Assembly: GCA_009929445.1 (NCBI GenBank)
Contig: SAAL01000001.1
Span: 13,885 to 77,884 of the forward strand
DNA from: Bacteroidia bacterium
GTDB taxonomy: Bacteria > Bacteroidota > Bacteroidia > Bacteroidales > Paludibacteraceae
Length of the DNA: 64,000 nt
Reading direction: 5' to 3'
Of the stretch, positions 31,460-41,678 are shown in pieces. Below the pieces are notes generated by a model. It saw nothing but the letters and a program-made list of their open reading frames with translations, was not told where the DNA came from and searched no databases. Every line of letters begins with the position of its first letter. Position 1 is the first letter of the stretch. Made by a program: the position numbers and the translations under genes.

Positions 31460-32929
31460 ATGGAAACATTTTTAATACGCGCGGCGCAACTCATTCTGAG
31501 TTTATCAATTTTAGTAGTGCTGCATGAATTGGGTCACTTTGCTTTTGCCAGAATTTTTAAAGTAAGGGTGGAGAAATTTTACGTGTTCTTCAATCCGAAA
31601 ATCTCACTAATCAGAGCCAAAAAGATTCTCGGGAAATGGAACATCCGCTTTTTTGCACAGAATGTACTGCCAAACGAAAGGATTAAACTCGACTCAAATG
31701 GCGAACCCTTAATGAATGGTAAAAACCATGTAATGGAACCTGTACCCGAAAGCGAATTGCCCGAAGGCGACTGGCGCCGCTATCCCGAAACCACCGAATG
31801 GGGCATCGGATGGCTTCCACTCGGAGGATACTGCAAAATTGCCGGAATGATAGATGAATCCATGGATAAAACCCAGCTTACTCAGGAACCAAAACCCTGG
31901 GAATTTCGTACACAACCGGTTTGGAAACGACTTTTTATCATTTCAGGCGGCGTGTTGGTCAATTTTGTATTGGCGCTTTTTATCTATTCGGTTATTCTCT
32001 TCACCTGGGGGCGCGAATACATTCCGCTTGAAAATGCCACTAACGGACTGAGTTTCTCTCAAACAATGATTGATGCGGGTTTTCGGGATGGTGATAAAAT
32101 AGCAGCCATCGACGGCAAAAAACCACTCGAACTCTCGGATGCCATCGAAATGATATTGATTGACCATGCCACCACGGTTACTGTGGATCGCAGCGGAACG
32201 CCTGTTACAATTGAAATCCCCGAAAATCTGACCCAGAAAGCACTCGCATCCGAAAAAGGGGTGATGACTTACCGGATGCCCTTTGTCATTGATACCGTAG
32301 TGACCGGTTCACTCGCCTCCAAAGCAGCCCTGATGAAAGGCGACAGCCTTGTAGCAGTCAACGGAAAGCTTATCAACATGCAGCAGGAGGTAATCAGAGA
32401 ATTTTCAGAGAACAAAGGAAAAAAGATTTCTTTTGATTACTACCGGCAGGGAACCCTTTACAGAACGACACTTACGATGGGTGCCGACGGCAAACTGGGA
32501 GTAGGCTGGCGTAATTTTTTGAAAACCGAAAGGGTTGAATACGGATTTTTCGAAGCCATTCCCGCCGGCATAGGCATTGGTGTGCAAAAACTCGTGGGCT
32601 ATGTGAAACAATTCAAACTCGTATTCACCAAAGAAGGCGTGAAATCCATCGGCAGCTTCGGGGCGCTCGGTCAGCTATTCCCTGCCACATGGGACTGGCT
32701 CAGCTTCTGGGAGCTTACGGCACTCATTTCCATCATCCTGGCGTTTATGAACATTCTGCCAATCCCCGGGCTGGACGGCGGTTACATCGTTTTTCTCATT
32801 TACGAAATGATTACCGGACGCAAACCGAGCGATAAGTTCATGGAAGTAGCGCAAATGATTGGTATGACATTGCTGATGCTGCTCTTTGTTTATGCCATCG
32901 GTAACGATATTTTCAGAGCCTTCAAATAA
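31460..32929 (+). CDS. rseP: RIP metalloprotease RseP (M50 site-2 protease)
   Basis: 489-aa ORF with HELGHF in TM1, a PDZ region and NILPIPGLDGG. Confidence 0.85.
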   Translation: METFLIRAAQLILSLSILVVLHELGHFAFARIFKVRVEKFYVFFNPKISLIRAKKILGKWNIRFFAQNVLPNERIKLDSNGEPLMNGKNHVMEPVPESELPEGDWRRYPETTEWGIGWLPLGGYCKIAGMIDESMDKTQLTQEPKPWEFRTQPVWKRLFIISGGVLVNFVLALFIYSVILFTWGREYIPLENATNGLSFSQTMIDAGFRDGDKIAAIDGKKPLELSDAIEMILIDHATTVTVDRSGTPVTIEIPENLTQKALASEKGVMTYRMPFVIDTVVTGSLASKAALMKGDSLVAVNGKLINMQQEVIREFSENKGKKISFDYYRQGTLYRTTLTMGADGKLGVGWRNFLKTERVEYGFFEAIPAGIGIGVQKLVGYVKQFKLVFTKEGVKSIGSFGALGQLFPATWDWLSFWELTALISIILAFMNILPIPGLDGGYIVFLIYEMITGRKPSDKFMEVAQMIGMTLLMLLFVYAIGNDIFRAFK

Positions 32930-32939
32930 AAATTCAACG

Positions 32940-33296
32940 ATGATTACAATCTTGTGTTACCCAACATGCGGCACTTGCCGGAAAGCCGAAAACTGGCTGA
33001 AGGAAAATGGTATAAAATACAATTACCGGCACATTAAAGAGGAAAATCCGGGTTTCGAAGAACTTCAACTCTGGAAAGAAAAAAGCGGACTCCCTGTGAG
33101 TAAGTGGTTTAATACCAGTGGGTTGCTCTACAAAGAACACAATATGAAGGAAAAGGTAAAATCACTTGCCGAATATGAACTGCTTCAGATGCTCGCTTCG
33201 GATGGCATGTTCGTCAAACGCCCCATTCTGCTTTCGGGTGAAACTGTATTGGTAGGATTTAAGCAGGAAGAGTGGGAAAAATTACTGAAAAAGTAA
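32940..33296 (+). CDS. ArsC/Spx/YffB-family reductase-like protein
   Basis: I prefer ATG 32940 (MITILCYPTCGTCRKAENWL...). The ORF-track start at 32886 overlaps the rseP end. Confidence 0.7.
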   Translation: MITILCYPTCGTCRKAENWLKENGIKYNYRHIKEENPGFEELQLWKEKSGLPVSKWFNTSGLLYKEHNMKEKVKSLAEYELLQMLASDGMFVKRPILLSGETVLVGFKQEEWEKLLKK

Positions 33297-33310
33297 CCGG
33301 AGTTCTTCCA

Positions 33311-33357
33311 AAAAAAAATCAGCAGATTCAATGGTTGGAATCTGCTGATTTTTTTTC
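33311..33357. terminator. Intrinsic terminator after the ArsC-family gene (A-tract / 12-bp stem / T-tract)
   Basis: aaaaaaaa ATCAGCAGATTC aatggttg GAATCTGCTGAT ttttttt. Confidence 0.75.
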
Positions 33358-33461
33358 TTAAAAGTTCTTGTTTTTTTGAGTATAAAAAAAGGAAATTCTC
33401 ATTTGCAGACAATATTTGCACTCGTCATTCTGATAATATAAACTAAAAAAAACGAATTAAA

Positions 33462-33896
33462 ATGAAAAAAACACTCTTATCGGTATTTGTGCTTATGTTT
33501 TTAGCTGTATCGGCATCGGCACAGGTGTATAAAATTGTTGGAAAATGGAAAACAATTGACGATAAAGACGGAAGCGAAAAATCAATAGTGAATATATTTA
33601 AAGCTTCAGATGGAAAATATTATGGTAAAGTTGAAAAACTTTTCAAGGAACCCAATAAAAAATGTACCGAATGTGAAGGTGAAAACAAGGATAAACCCGT
33701 ACTTGGCATGACCGTACTAAACAATATGGTAGAGAAAGACGGAACACTTACGGGTGGTACTATTATCGATCCGGCCAATGGAAAAGTGTATAAATGCAAC
33801 GTGAGTCTGGATGCAAATACTGGAAAACTCAAAGTGCGTGGTTCACTGGATAAAAGAGGAGTTATTGGGCGGACTCAGCATTGGGTAAAAAACTGA
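33462..33896 (+). CDS. DUF2147 domain protein (secreted)
   Basis: 144-aa ORF with a signal peptide, GKWKTIDD, a CxxC motif and GGTIIDPANGKVYKC...KLKVRG. Confidence 0.6.
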   Translation: MKKTLLSVFVLMFLAVSASAQVYKIVGKWKTIDDKDGSEKSIVNIFKASDGKYYGKVEKLFKEPNKKCTECEGENKDKPVLGMTVLNNMVEKDGTLTGGTIIDPANGKVYKCNVSLDANTGKLKVRGSLDKRGVIGRTQHWVKN

Positions 33897-33910
33897 TATT
33901 CAAAAAACTG

Positions 33911-33958
33911 AAAAAAATATGGCGGATCTCCCGGTTTGGATTTTCCGCCATTTTTTTT
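33911..33958. terminator. Bidirectional intrinsic terminator between the convergent DUF2147 and M81 genes
   Basis: aaaaaaat ATGGCGGA tctcccggtttggatt TCCGCCAT tttttttt. Confidence 0.7.
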
Positions 33959-33977
33959 ATATCAGTAGTGCTTTATT

Positions 33978-35540
33978 TTATTTTTTCGACTTGCCGGCAA
34001 GCGGAACAAATTCAGCATTCAAATCCGGCTGAGCCATATCTTTATCCAGCGGGTACATAGGCCGCCGGATATTTTTGTAGGGAAGTCGAGTCAAATCCTG
34101 GTCCACACCTCCCGGAGTGAGTGCCATAATCCAATCGCCACGCATATCATACAGTTCAGGCACCAGATAGCCTATTTTAACTACCAGTATGTCTGTTTCA
34201 CGCGGATTCAGCCCTGCCTGTGTGAAGTAACTTTCATAATGATAAGCCTTCCGTTTTTTGGTAACGATTACAGAGACGCTCCCTGTTTTCACTACAACCA
34301 CAGTGTTTCCGTCTTTTTCATCGTTTACAATGGCAGTAATAGTGCCTGCAATTCGCACAGGTGGTGCATAACGGTTATCCACCCGGGCACCAGCTGTGGC
34401 ATCAATTTTTCCTCCGACTCCGATTGCAACAGCTTTTTTTACAAATCCGGAATCGGGAATAGATGCATAAATAACCGTTTTCCCGTTTTCTGACTTAAAT
34501 TCAGGTCGTTTAAGCAGTTCTGTCAACGTCCAGGTCACATCTCCGGCACCACCGGCAGTCGGATTATCGCCCATATCGCTGATTATAAAAGGCTTTTTAG
34601 TACTGGCCAGCGCTTTTTCGATACATTCGGGCAGATACGCGGTAGGAGCCACAAACTCAAACTGATCTCGTACATTCCAAAAATGGTTGGCAAGTTTCTC
34701 AGCTGCTTTACCCACCGCTTCTTTATCGTCGCCGTAAGCCATCACTACCGCATGATTTCGGGGCTCGTCAGCCCATGGATACGACATCCAGATAGCGGCA
34801 TCTATTACTTTTTCTCCATCAATTACAGTAGGAATAAGTTCATAAAGGCTTTTTGCGGGTTCTATCCGGGTACTTGTTTTTTCGCCCGGCAGCAGTATCG
34901 GAACAGGGATAATGGCTTTGAAAGCCGGTTTTCCTTTGCCGTTTTCCAGCCGGTCCAGCAGATTGGTCAAAGCTCTTTTCTTCGAAATCATGGCATCCTC
35001 GTGCGGAGCAAGGCGGTAGCAGGTAATCAGATCCGAGTTCTCAGCCAGGCGGGGCGATACACTGCCGTGTAAATCCATGCTTGTGGAAATAAGCACTTCA
35101 TTTCCAATCACTTCGCGGATACGTACAATGAAATCTCCCTCCGGATCTTCCAAATCCTGCACGCTCATGGCACCGTGAATGTCAAAGAACAATCCATCCA
35201 GCGGAAGTACTTTTCTGAGCATGTCAAGTGTCTGTCCGACAAGTTTTTCATACACTTCCCGTTTCACTATGCCTCCGGGCATGGCGTGAGTACGCAATGT
35301 AGGAAGCCATTCGGCTCGCTGCACTACTCCCGAATCGGGTACAAAGAAATTGTAGTACGAAAAAATACTGTCGCCCACGCGAAGTGGAAACGCAGCTTCG
35401 TCGGTTACGGCAGGAGAGAATGTGCTGCTTTCGATGGCAATTCCGGCTATGGCTACGCGCGGAAGATTTTTTTTTGTGCCCGTACAGCCGAATAAAGCTA
35501 TCAGTACGGCAAAAAGGTAAGTGTAAATGAGTTTTTTCAT
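33978..35540 (-). CDS. M81 family metallopeptidase (MlrC-like), lipoprotein
   Basis: 520-aa ORF with LFGC lipobox and RVAIAGIAIESSTFSP, an N-terminal pattern of DUF1485/MlrC proteins. Confidence 0.55.
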   Translation of the reverse strand: MKKLIYTYLFAVLIALFGCTGTKKNLPRVAIAGIAIESSTFSPAVTDEAAFPLRVGDSIFSYYNFFVPDSGVVQRAEWLPTLRTHAMPGGIVKREVYEKLVGQTLDMLRKVLPLDGLFFDIHGAMSVQDLEDPEGDFIVRIREVIGNEVLISTSMDLHGSVSPRLAENSDLITCYRLAPHEDAMISKKRALTNLLDRLENGKGKPAFKAIIPVPILLPGEKTSTRIEPAKSLYELIPTVIDGEKVIDAAIWMSYPWADEPRNHAVVMAYGDDKEAVGKAAEKLANHFWNVRDQFEFVAPTAYLPECIEKALASTKKPFIISDMGDNPTAGGAGDVTWTLTELLKRPEFKSENGKTVIYASIPDSGFVKKAVAIGVGGKIDATAGARVDNRYAPPVRIAGTITAIVNDEKDGNTVVVVKTGSVSVIVTKKRKAYHYESYFTQAGLNPRETDILVVKIGYLVPELYDMRGDWIMALTPGGVDQDLTRLPYKNIRRPMYPLDKDMAQPDLNAEFVPLAGKSKK

Positions 35541-35948
35541 AGCGTCGATTTTTTTTTGAAAGTCTTACAAAAATAGAAATTTTATTTCTTTCAGAAAGCA
35601 TTTTTGCAATATAAAAATATAAGATAAACAGGTGGAAAATCAAACGGATTAGTTTTAACGTATCAACCGGTATTTTTGCTGAACTCGTCTCGACTTTTAA
35701 ATCATAGAGAACAATAGTCTTATTTTATTGATTTTTTGTGCTGTTTTATTTAATTTCGATAACAATAGTTTAAAAATATCGAAGATATTTTTCACTATGT
35801 TTCCGAATATATGAGAATAAGTATAAATTATTCTATGTTTTCTATTGTTTTAAAAAAAAGTCAGGATGATTTCAAAATAGAAAAATGACGTACCTTTACA
35901 AACTCACTGAAGTTTGAAAACAATGCAATCATTTCTTAAAAACCGACC

Positions 35949-37184
35949 ATGTCAAAGACCATAGCTTTTAATCCGCTTTCACTGCCAACCTATGTGATGG
36001 CAAAACCTGTCGGGTCTACCTGCAACCTGGATTGTGCCTATTGTTATTACCTGGAAAAGGAAAAACTTTATCAGAATCGCAAAAAGATGGAGATGACCGA
36101 CGAAGTGCTAGAAATGTTTACCAAAAGCTACATCGAGGCGCAGCCGGTAAAAGAAGTGCTTTTCACGTGGCACGGCGGCGAAACGTTGCTGCGCGATATT
36201 TCTTTCTATAAAAAAGCGTTGCAATTTCAGAAAAAATACGGAAGGGGAAGGCAAATTGACAATGTGCTGCAAACCAACGGTACCAGGCTGAACGATGAAT
36301 GGTGCCGTTTTTTTAAAGATAATAATTTTCTGGTCGGAATTTCAATCGACGGCCCTGAGCATTGCCACGATGTATATCGAAAAAACAAAGGCGGAAAAGG
36401 CACGTTTGCGGAGGTGATGAAAGGGGTGGGTCTGCTGCAGAAACACGGGGTGGAATTTAACACTCTCTCGGTGATAAACGATTACAATGTTCAGTTTCCG
36501 CTTGATGTATATCGCTTTTTCAAGGAAATCGGGAGCCGCTATATGCAGTTTGCACCCATTGTGGAGCGGATTTCGGATGGGCGAACCGATGGACTGAAAC
36601 TGCTGCCTCCCGACCAAAATATTGATTATCAGCTTGCTTCGTGGAGTGTGAATCCGGTGAAGTTCGGGAAATTCTATATCGAAATATTCGATGAATGGGT
36701 CAGATACGATGTTGGTAACTTTTACGTTCAGCTTTTCGATGCCACGCTCGCCAACATGGTAGGCGCACAGCCCGGAGTTTGTATTTTTGCTGAGACTTGT
36801 GGACATGCTGCTGCCATGGAATTCAACGGCGATGTGTATGCCTGCGATCATTACGTTTTTCCGGAATTCAAACTCGGGAATGTGCGGAATCAAACCATAT
36901 TCGAAATGATGTTTCAGCAGCAGCAGCTTCAATTTGGTGCTGATAAGAAAGAAAAACTCCCGACTCAGTGTCTTCAGTGTGATGTGCTCCGGTTTTGTCA
37001 CGGCGAATGTCCCAAGAACCGCATTGCCCGAACTTCGGATGGCGAACCGGGCCTCAATTATTTATGTGAAGGTTATAAAGCGTTTTTCAGACATGCGCTG
37101 CCTTACATGGAATTCATGGCAAACGAACTGCACAACAAACGTCCGCCTGCCAATGTTATGTATTTTGCAAGGGGGAAAAAGTAA
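35949..37184 (+). CDS. anaerobic sulfatase-maturating enzyme-like radical SAM/SPASM protein
   Basis: 411-aa ORF with KPVGSTCNLDCAYCYY (CxxxCxxC) and two further Cys clusters (CGHAAAMEFNGDVYACDH; CLQCDVLRFCHGECPKN). Confidence 0.8.
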   Translation: MSKTIAFNPLSLPTYVMAKPVGSTCNLDCAYCYYLEKEKLYQNRKKMEMTDEVLEMFTKSYIEAQPVKEVLFTWHGGETLLRDISFYKKALQFQKKYGRGRQIDNVLQTNGTRLNDEWCRFFKDNNFLVGISIDGPEHCHDVYRKNKGGKGTFAEVMKGVGLLQKHGVEFNTLSVINDYNVQFPLDVYRFFKEIGSRYMQFAPIVERISDGRTDGLKLLPPDQNIDYQLASWSVNPVKFGKFYIEIFDEWVRYDVGNFYVQLFDATLANMVGAQPGVCIFAETCGHAAAMEFNGDVYACDHYVFPEFKLGNVRNQTIFEMMFQQQQLQFGADKKEKLPTQCLQCDVLRFCHGECPKNRIARTSDGEPGLNYLCEGYKAFFRHALPYMEFMANELHNKRPPANVMYFARGKK

Positions 37185-37198
37185 ATGCCCGCAATACG

Positions 37199-38209
37199 TC
37201 AGGGAGAGGTGCAGTTTCGGCACATATCGAATTGCTTCCGGTTTTGGAGCAGTTTTTTCCTGAAACCGTAAGCGGCCTCACTTTGCCAGCATTCACCGAA
37301 GGTTTTACTCCTCAGATTTCCGAATACAAACCGACTGTCCTTATCAAAACAGCACGGGAGCACATCGCCGCCCGAGGTGATTACAGCTCCTTTCCATAAA
37401 CGTTTGCAGCGGTTCTTGAGTGTATTTTTGATATGGTATTTTCCATCCTGACGAAGTTCGTAACGCGCATATTTTTTATTTTCGGGCAGGAGTTCATGTC
37501 CGTTTTCAAAATCATAAAGTTGTGCTGATTTGAAAGTCAGTTTGTCCGCTTTCCATTCCCTGGCCAGTTTCTTCATTTCATCCAGCTGGTGTTCGTTGGT
37601 TTTCAGCACCAGAAACTGGATTTCGATCAGCGGCGACGGTGATTTTAATCTGTTTTTCCATTCAGTAAGCGCTTGTATTGCACGGATTGATTGCTCCAGA
37701 CTCCCACCTGCACGATATGCTTCGTAGGTTTCTTGTGTGGTTCCATCCACCGAAATTATCAGCCGGTCGAGTCCCGATTCTACAAGATTTTTAGCCATTC
37801 TGTCATCGATAAGTTGTGCATTGGTCGATGTAGCGGTGAAAATATTTTTGCTGTGCAGGTGTTTTACTATTTCGGTAAAATTTTTGTTGAGCAATGGTTC
37901 TCCCTGGAAATACAGCGTGGCGTACATCAAAGCCGACGAAAGTTCGTCCACCACTTGATGAATGAGCGCCAAATCCGCAAAAACAGGTTTTACAGCTGTT
38001 TGGCGCATTCCTACCGGACATTCCGGACAATGCAGGTTACATACATTTGCCGGTTCTATTGAAATATACTGCGGAGATACATTCCATCGGGTAAGAATCC
38101 CGAAAACCGACAGCCGGTAGGAGAGTTCGAGTTTCGCAACGTTGAGCAGTTTTTGAACACCGAAGCCTGTTTTGAAAATTTTGTACAAATAGTGAATTTT
38201 ATTTCTCAT
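37199..38209 (-). CDS. radical SAM/SPASM domain protein, substrate unknown
   Basis: 336-aa ORF with EPANVCNLHCPECPVG and a SPASM tail (GDVLPCCFD ... CRNC). It is convergent with the preceding radical SAM gene. Confidence 0.7.
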   Translation of the reverse strand: MRNKIHYLYKIFKTGFGVQKLLNVAKLELSYRLSVFGILTRWNVSPQYISIEPANVCNLHCPECPVGMRQTAVKPVFADLALIHQVVDELSSALMYATLYFQGEPLLNKNFTEIVKHLHSKNIFTATSTNAQLIDDRMAKNLVESGLDRLIISVDGTTQETYEAYRAGGSLEQSIRAIQALTEWKNRLKSPSPLIEIQFLVLKTNEHQLDEMKKLAREWKADKLTFKSAQLYDFENGHELLPENKKYARYELRQDGKYHIKNTLKNRCKRLWKGAVITSGGDVLPCCFDKDSRFVFGNLRSKTFGECWQSEAAYGFRKKLLQNRKQFDMCRNCTSP

Positions 38210-38303
38210 TTTTCACCAACGCCGAATTGTAATAATTTATTATAGCAAATCAAAAATATAAAAAACACGACGCAAAGTAAGTTAAAAATTGGTTTAAAAG
38301 GCG

Positions 38304-38311
38304 TATATTTG
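38304..38311 (+). promoter_or_regulatory. -7 box (TAnnTTTG) for the TPR lipoprotein gene
   Basis: TATATTTG, 56 nt upstream of ATG 38367. Confidence 0.4.
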
Positions 38312-38366
38312 CACAAGAATAATAAAAAAACAAATACTATATTACCCAATTATTTTTAAGATCACT

Positions 38367-40070
38367 ATGAGTAAGAAAATTTTATTTTTAGTCACAATCG
38401 CATCAGCTGTCATTTTTACATCATGCAGCAAAAAATTAACGGCTCTGGATGCCGCTTACATCAAAACAAATCCCAATCCGCTCGAAATGAAAGCCGGTGA
38501 GGTGAATGCCACAGTAACAGGTACTTTTCCTCAGAAATATTTCAACAAAAAAGCGGTTGTTACCGTCACTCCTGTGCTCAAATACGGCAACAAGGAAACA
38601 AAAGCTCAGTCTGCCGTTTTTCAGGGAGAAAAAGTACTAGGAAACGACAGAATGATTAGCTACAAAGCCGGTGGTACATACGAAATGAATCCAAAATTCA
38701 TGTTTGACCCCGAAATGGCAAAGTCAGAACTTTATTTGAATTTTGACGTAGCTCAAAAGAAAAAAACCTATAAACTTCCGGCTTTGAAAATTGCTGATGG
38801 AGTTATTTCAACAGCATATCTGGCTTCTACCTCACCCAAAGAACTGCAGCCTGCGCTCTCGCCCGATAATTTTCAACGCATTACGCAGGAAAATCAGGAC
38901 GCCGATATTCTCTTCCTCATTCAGCAGGCACAGCTTCGCAACAGCGAACTCAACAAAGATGATATTAAACAGTTTTCTGCCAAAGTGAAAGATGCCCGCG
39001 ATGCTCAGAACAAGGAAATTTCATCGCTCGAAGTGCTTGGTTATGCTTCTCCCGATGGATCTTTGGATCTGAATACCAACCTGGCAGAAAAAAGACAAAA
39101 AGTTACGACCGATTACATCAACAAAGAATTGAAAAAACTTCAGGCAAACGTATCGGTCGACAGTAAATTTACTGCCGAAGACTGGGACGGTTTCCAGAAA
39201 CTGATGGAAGCATCGAATATACAGGATAAAGATTTGATTCTGCGTGTACTTTCGATGTATCAGGATCCCGAGCAGCGCGAACGCGAAATCAAAAACCTTG
39301 CATCGACATTCCAGTCCATCGCCGGTGAAATTCTTCCGCAATTGCGTCGTTCACGCCTCAAAATGTCCGTAGATGTAACCGGAAAATCCGACGCCGAAAT
39401 AATGAGTTTGGCATCTACTTCGCCTAAAGACCTTACAGCCAACGAGTTGTTGTATGCAGGAACGCTTGCAACCACAACCAAAGAACAAGCCGATATCTAC
39501 GAAAATTTCATCGATCTTCATCCGGAAGATGCCCGCGGATACAACAACCTGGGTTTGATGCTTTATTATGACGGTGACGTGAAGGAAGCTGAAAGATTGT
39601 TCGAGAAATCACTTTCACTCAATCCGGCTTCACCCGATGCAAACTTCAATCTTGGACTGGTGAAACTGGGCAAAGGCCTCCTTACAGATGCACAGGCATT
39701 TTTTGGAAAGTCAGCCGGCACGGCTGGCAATCTGAATGCAGCACTCGGAACAAGCTACATAGCTCAGGGAGATTACACCAAAGCACTGAATGTGATGCGC
39801 GGATCGAACACCAACAATGCTGCCCTGGTACAGATTCTGAATAACGATTACAACGGTGCCAGAAACACGCTGGCTGCTGTGAAAAACCCGAATGCCCTTA
39901 CTGCGTATCTCGGAGCCATACTGGCAGCACGCACCAACGACCGCGATACGGTGTACAGCAATCTGCGCAGCGCCGTACAGCAGGATCGTACACTCATCAA
40001 AAAAGCACTCAACGATCTTGAATTTGCAAAATATTTCGCTGATGCGAATTTTCTGTCAATTTTGAAATAA
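38367..40070 (+). CDS. TPR-repeat lipoprotein
   Basis: 567-aa ORF with FTSC lipobox. The C-terminal third has TPR-like repeats (ARGYNNLGLMLYYDGDVKEAERLFEKSLSLNP...). Confidence 0.55.
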   Translation: MSKKILFLVTIASAVIFTSCSKKLTALDAAYIKTNPNPLEMKAGEVNATVTGTFPQKYFNKKAVVTVTPVLKYGNKETKAQSAVFQGEKVLGNDRMISYKAGGTYEMNPKFMFDPEMAKSELYLNFDVAQKKKTYKLPALKIADGVISTAYLASTSPKELQPALSPDNFQRITQENQDADILFLIQQAQLRNSELNKDDIKQFSAKVKDARDAQNKEISSLEVLGYASPDGSLDLNTNLAEKRQKVTTDYINKELKKLQANVSVDSKFTAEDWDGFQKLMEASNIQDKDLILRVLSMYQDPEQREREIKNLASTFQSIAGEILPQLRRSRLKMSVDVTGKSDAEIMSLASTSPKDLTANELLYAGTLATTTKEQADIYENFIDLHPEDARGYNNLGLMLYYDGDVKEAERLFEKSLSLNPASPDANFNLGLVKLGKGLLTDAQAFFGKSAGTAGNLNAALGTSYIAQGDYTKALNVMRGSNTNNAALVQILNNDYNGARNTLAAVKNPNALTAYLGAILAARTNDRDTVYSNLRSAVQQDRTLIKKALNDLEFAKYFADANFLSILK

Positions 40071-40092
40071 TTTTTTCTTATAGTTTATTTTT

Positions 40093-40131
40093 AATCCCGG
40101 TATTCATGCATGAGTATCGGGATTTTTTTTT
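40093..40131 (+). terminator. Intrinsic terminator after the TPR lipoprotein gene
   Basis: AATCCCGGTATTCATGCATGAGTATCGGGATT is a near-perfect palindrome and is followed by a T-run of about 9 nt. Confidence 0.75.
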
Positions 40132-40397
40132 CGATAAACAATACTGACTTTTAATAAGCTGATGACTTAAAAATAAAAGAAGGTTTCGTGCCTTTTATTA
40201 TTTGTTTCTCACAGTCGAAAACCCTGATTCCACGCTGCCTACGAAATATGTAACACACATTTTTGTTTTCTTAAAATTTTAATCAAGTTTATGTAATAAA
40301 AAATTATTCTCGTACCTTTGTCATTATAAAGAAATTGCATTACTCCGCTTCCACCGGAAACCGATGCAAACAGACAGCACTATAAATTGATAATCAA

Positions 40398-41549
40398 GTG
40401 TTTAGCGATATAATAGCTCAGCAATCCACCAAAGACCGTTTAATCCGATCGGTCAGGGAAAAACGCATACCCCATGCCCAGCTTCTTCACGGACCGGAGG
40501 GTGTGGGCAAGCTCTCGCTCGCTATTGCCTTTGCACAATACATTTGCTGTAAAAATAAAACAGATAAAGATGCCTGCGGTGTTTGCCCTTCGTGCAAGAA
40601 ATACAGTCAGCTGGCTCATCCCGATTTGCACTTTGTATTTCCGGTGATAAAACCTCCCGGCAAAAACACCGTGATATGCGATGATTACCTGCCCGATTTC
40701 AGAAAAATGTATATTGAAAATGCATATTTCAGTCTCGAAGACTGGTACGAACGCATCGGCGACGGAGCCAAACAGGGAATGATTTATTCCGGCGAAAGCT
40801 CCGAGATCATCCGAAAACTGAGCCTGAAGACCTATGAGTCCGATTACAAAGTCATGATCATCTGGATGCCGGAACTGATGCACGAATCCTGTGCCAACAA
40901 ATTGCTGAAAATTCTGGAAGAACCGCCTGCGTTTACCGTTTTTCTGCTCGTATCCAACAATCCCGATACGATTATTCAGACTATACTATCCAGAACACAG
41001 CACCTGAAAGTTCCCCGCTTGGGTGAGGACGAAATTATTGCGGCACTTACGGCTGAAAATCCCGATGCCGAAGCTGCTGAAATTCGTAATGCAGCCCGGG
41101 TGTCGGAGGGCAGTTACCTGAAAACCCGAAAATTACTGACCGAAACAGGTGAAATGTCACTTAATTTTGACAGGTTCAAAGAGCTGATGCGAAAAGCCTG
41201 GATGGTGGGCAACAAAAAAGACCATGACTCACTCAAAACGCTGAAAAAATGGGCCGATGTGCTGGCCGCTGCAGAGGTGGGGCGCGAAAGGCAGAAAAAA
41301 TTCCTTATGTATGCTCAGCGCATGATTCGTGAAAATTACATCTTTAATATCAGTCAGCCCGGTCTGAACTACATGGCCGATTATGAAGCCGGCTTTTCAG
41401 GCAATTTCTCACCATATATTAACGAGAGAAACGTGGAAGATTTGGTACAGGAATTTTCGCTGGCCGAACGACACATCGAACAAAATGTAAATGCAAAGAT
41501 GGTTTTCTTTGACCTGGTGCTCAAGGTTATCATGCTGCTGAAAAGATAA
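40398..41549 (+). CDS. holB: DNA polymerase III subunit delta-prime
   Basis: 383-aa ORF with a GTG start. It has HAQLLHGPEGVGK, the zinc module CGVCPSCKK and SRTQHL. Confidence 0.8.
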   Translation: MFSDIIAQQSTKDRLIRSVREKRIPHAQLLHGPEGVGKLSLAIAFAQYICCKNKTDKDACGVCPSCKKYSQLAHPDLHFVFPVIKPPGKNTVICDDYLPDFRKMYIENAYFSLEDWYERIGDGAKQGMIYSGESSEIIRKLSLKTYESDYKVMIIWMPELMHESCANKLLKILEEPPAFTVFLLVSNNPDTIIQTILSRTQHLKVPRLGEDEIIAALTAENPDAEAAEIRNAARVSEGSYLKTRKLLTETGEMSLNFDRFKELMRKAWMVGNKKDHDSLKTLKKWADVLAAAEVGRERQKKFLMYAQRMIRENYIFNISQPGLNYMADYEAGFSGNFSPYINERNVEDLVQEFSLAERHIEQNVNAKMVFFDLVLKVIMLLKR

Positions 41550-41678
41550 TGAAAATAATAGCAAAGGTAGAAATCCGATACAGGAAATGACGGTTTTTAT
41601 TGAAGAAATCAACATAAATATAAAAACAAAATGCGACCAGGAATATCAATCTTAGGCGAACAAACAATATAAGAATAC

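Noticed and set aside
30198-31469. 423-aa ORF on the minus strand covering all of dxr.
   Set aside because: It is antisense to an unmistakable Dxr coding sequence. Its translation is low-complexity (F/H/G-rich) with no recognisable motifs, so it is a shadow ORF.
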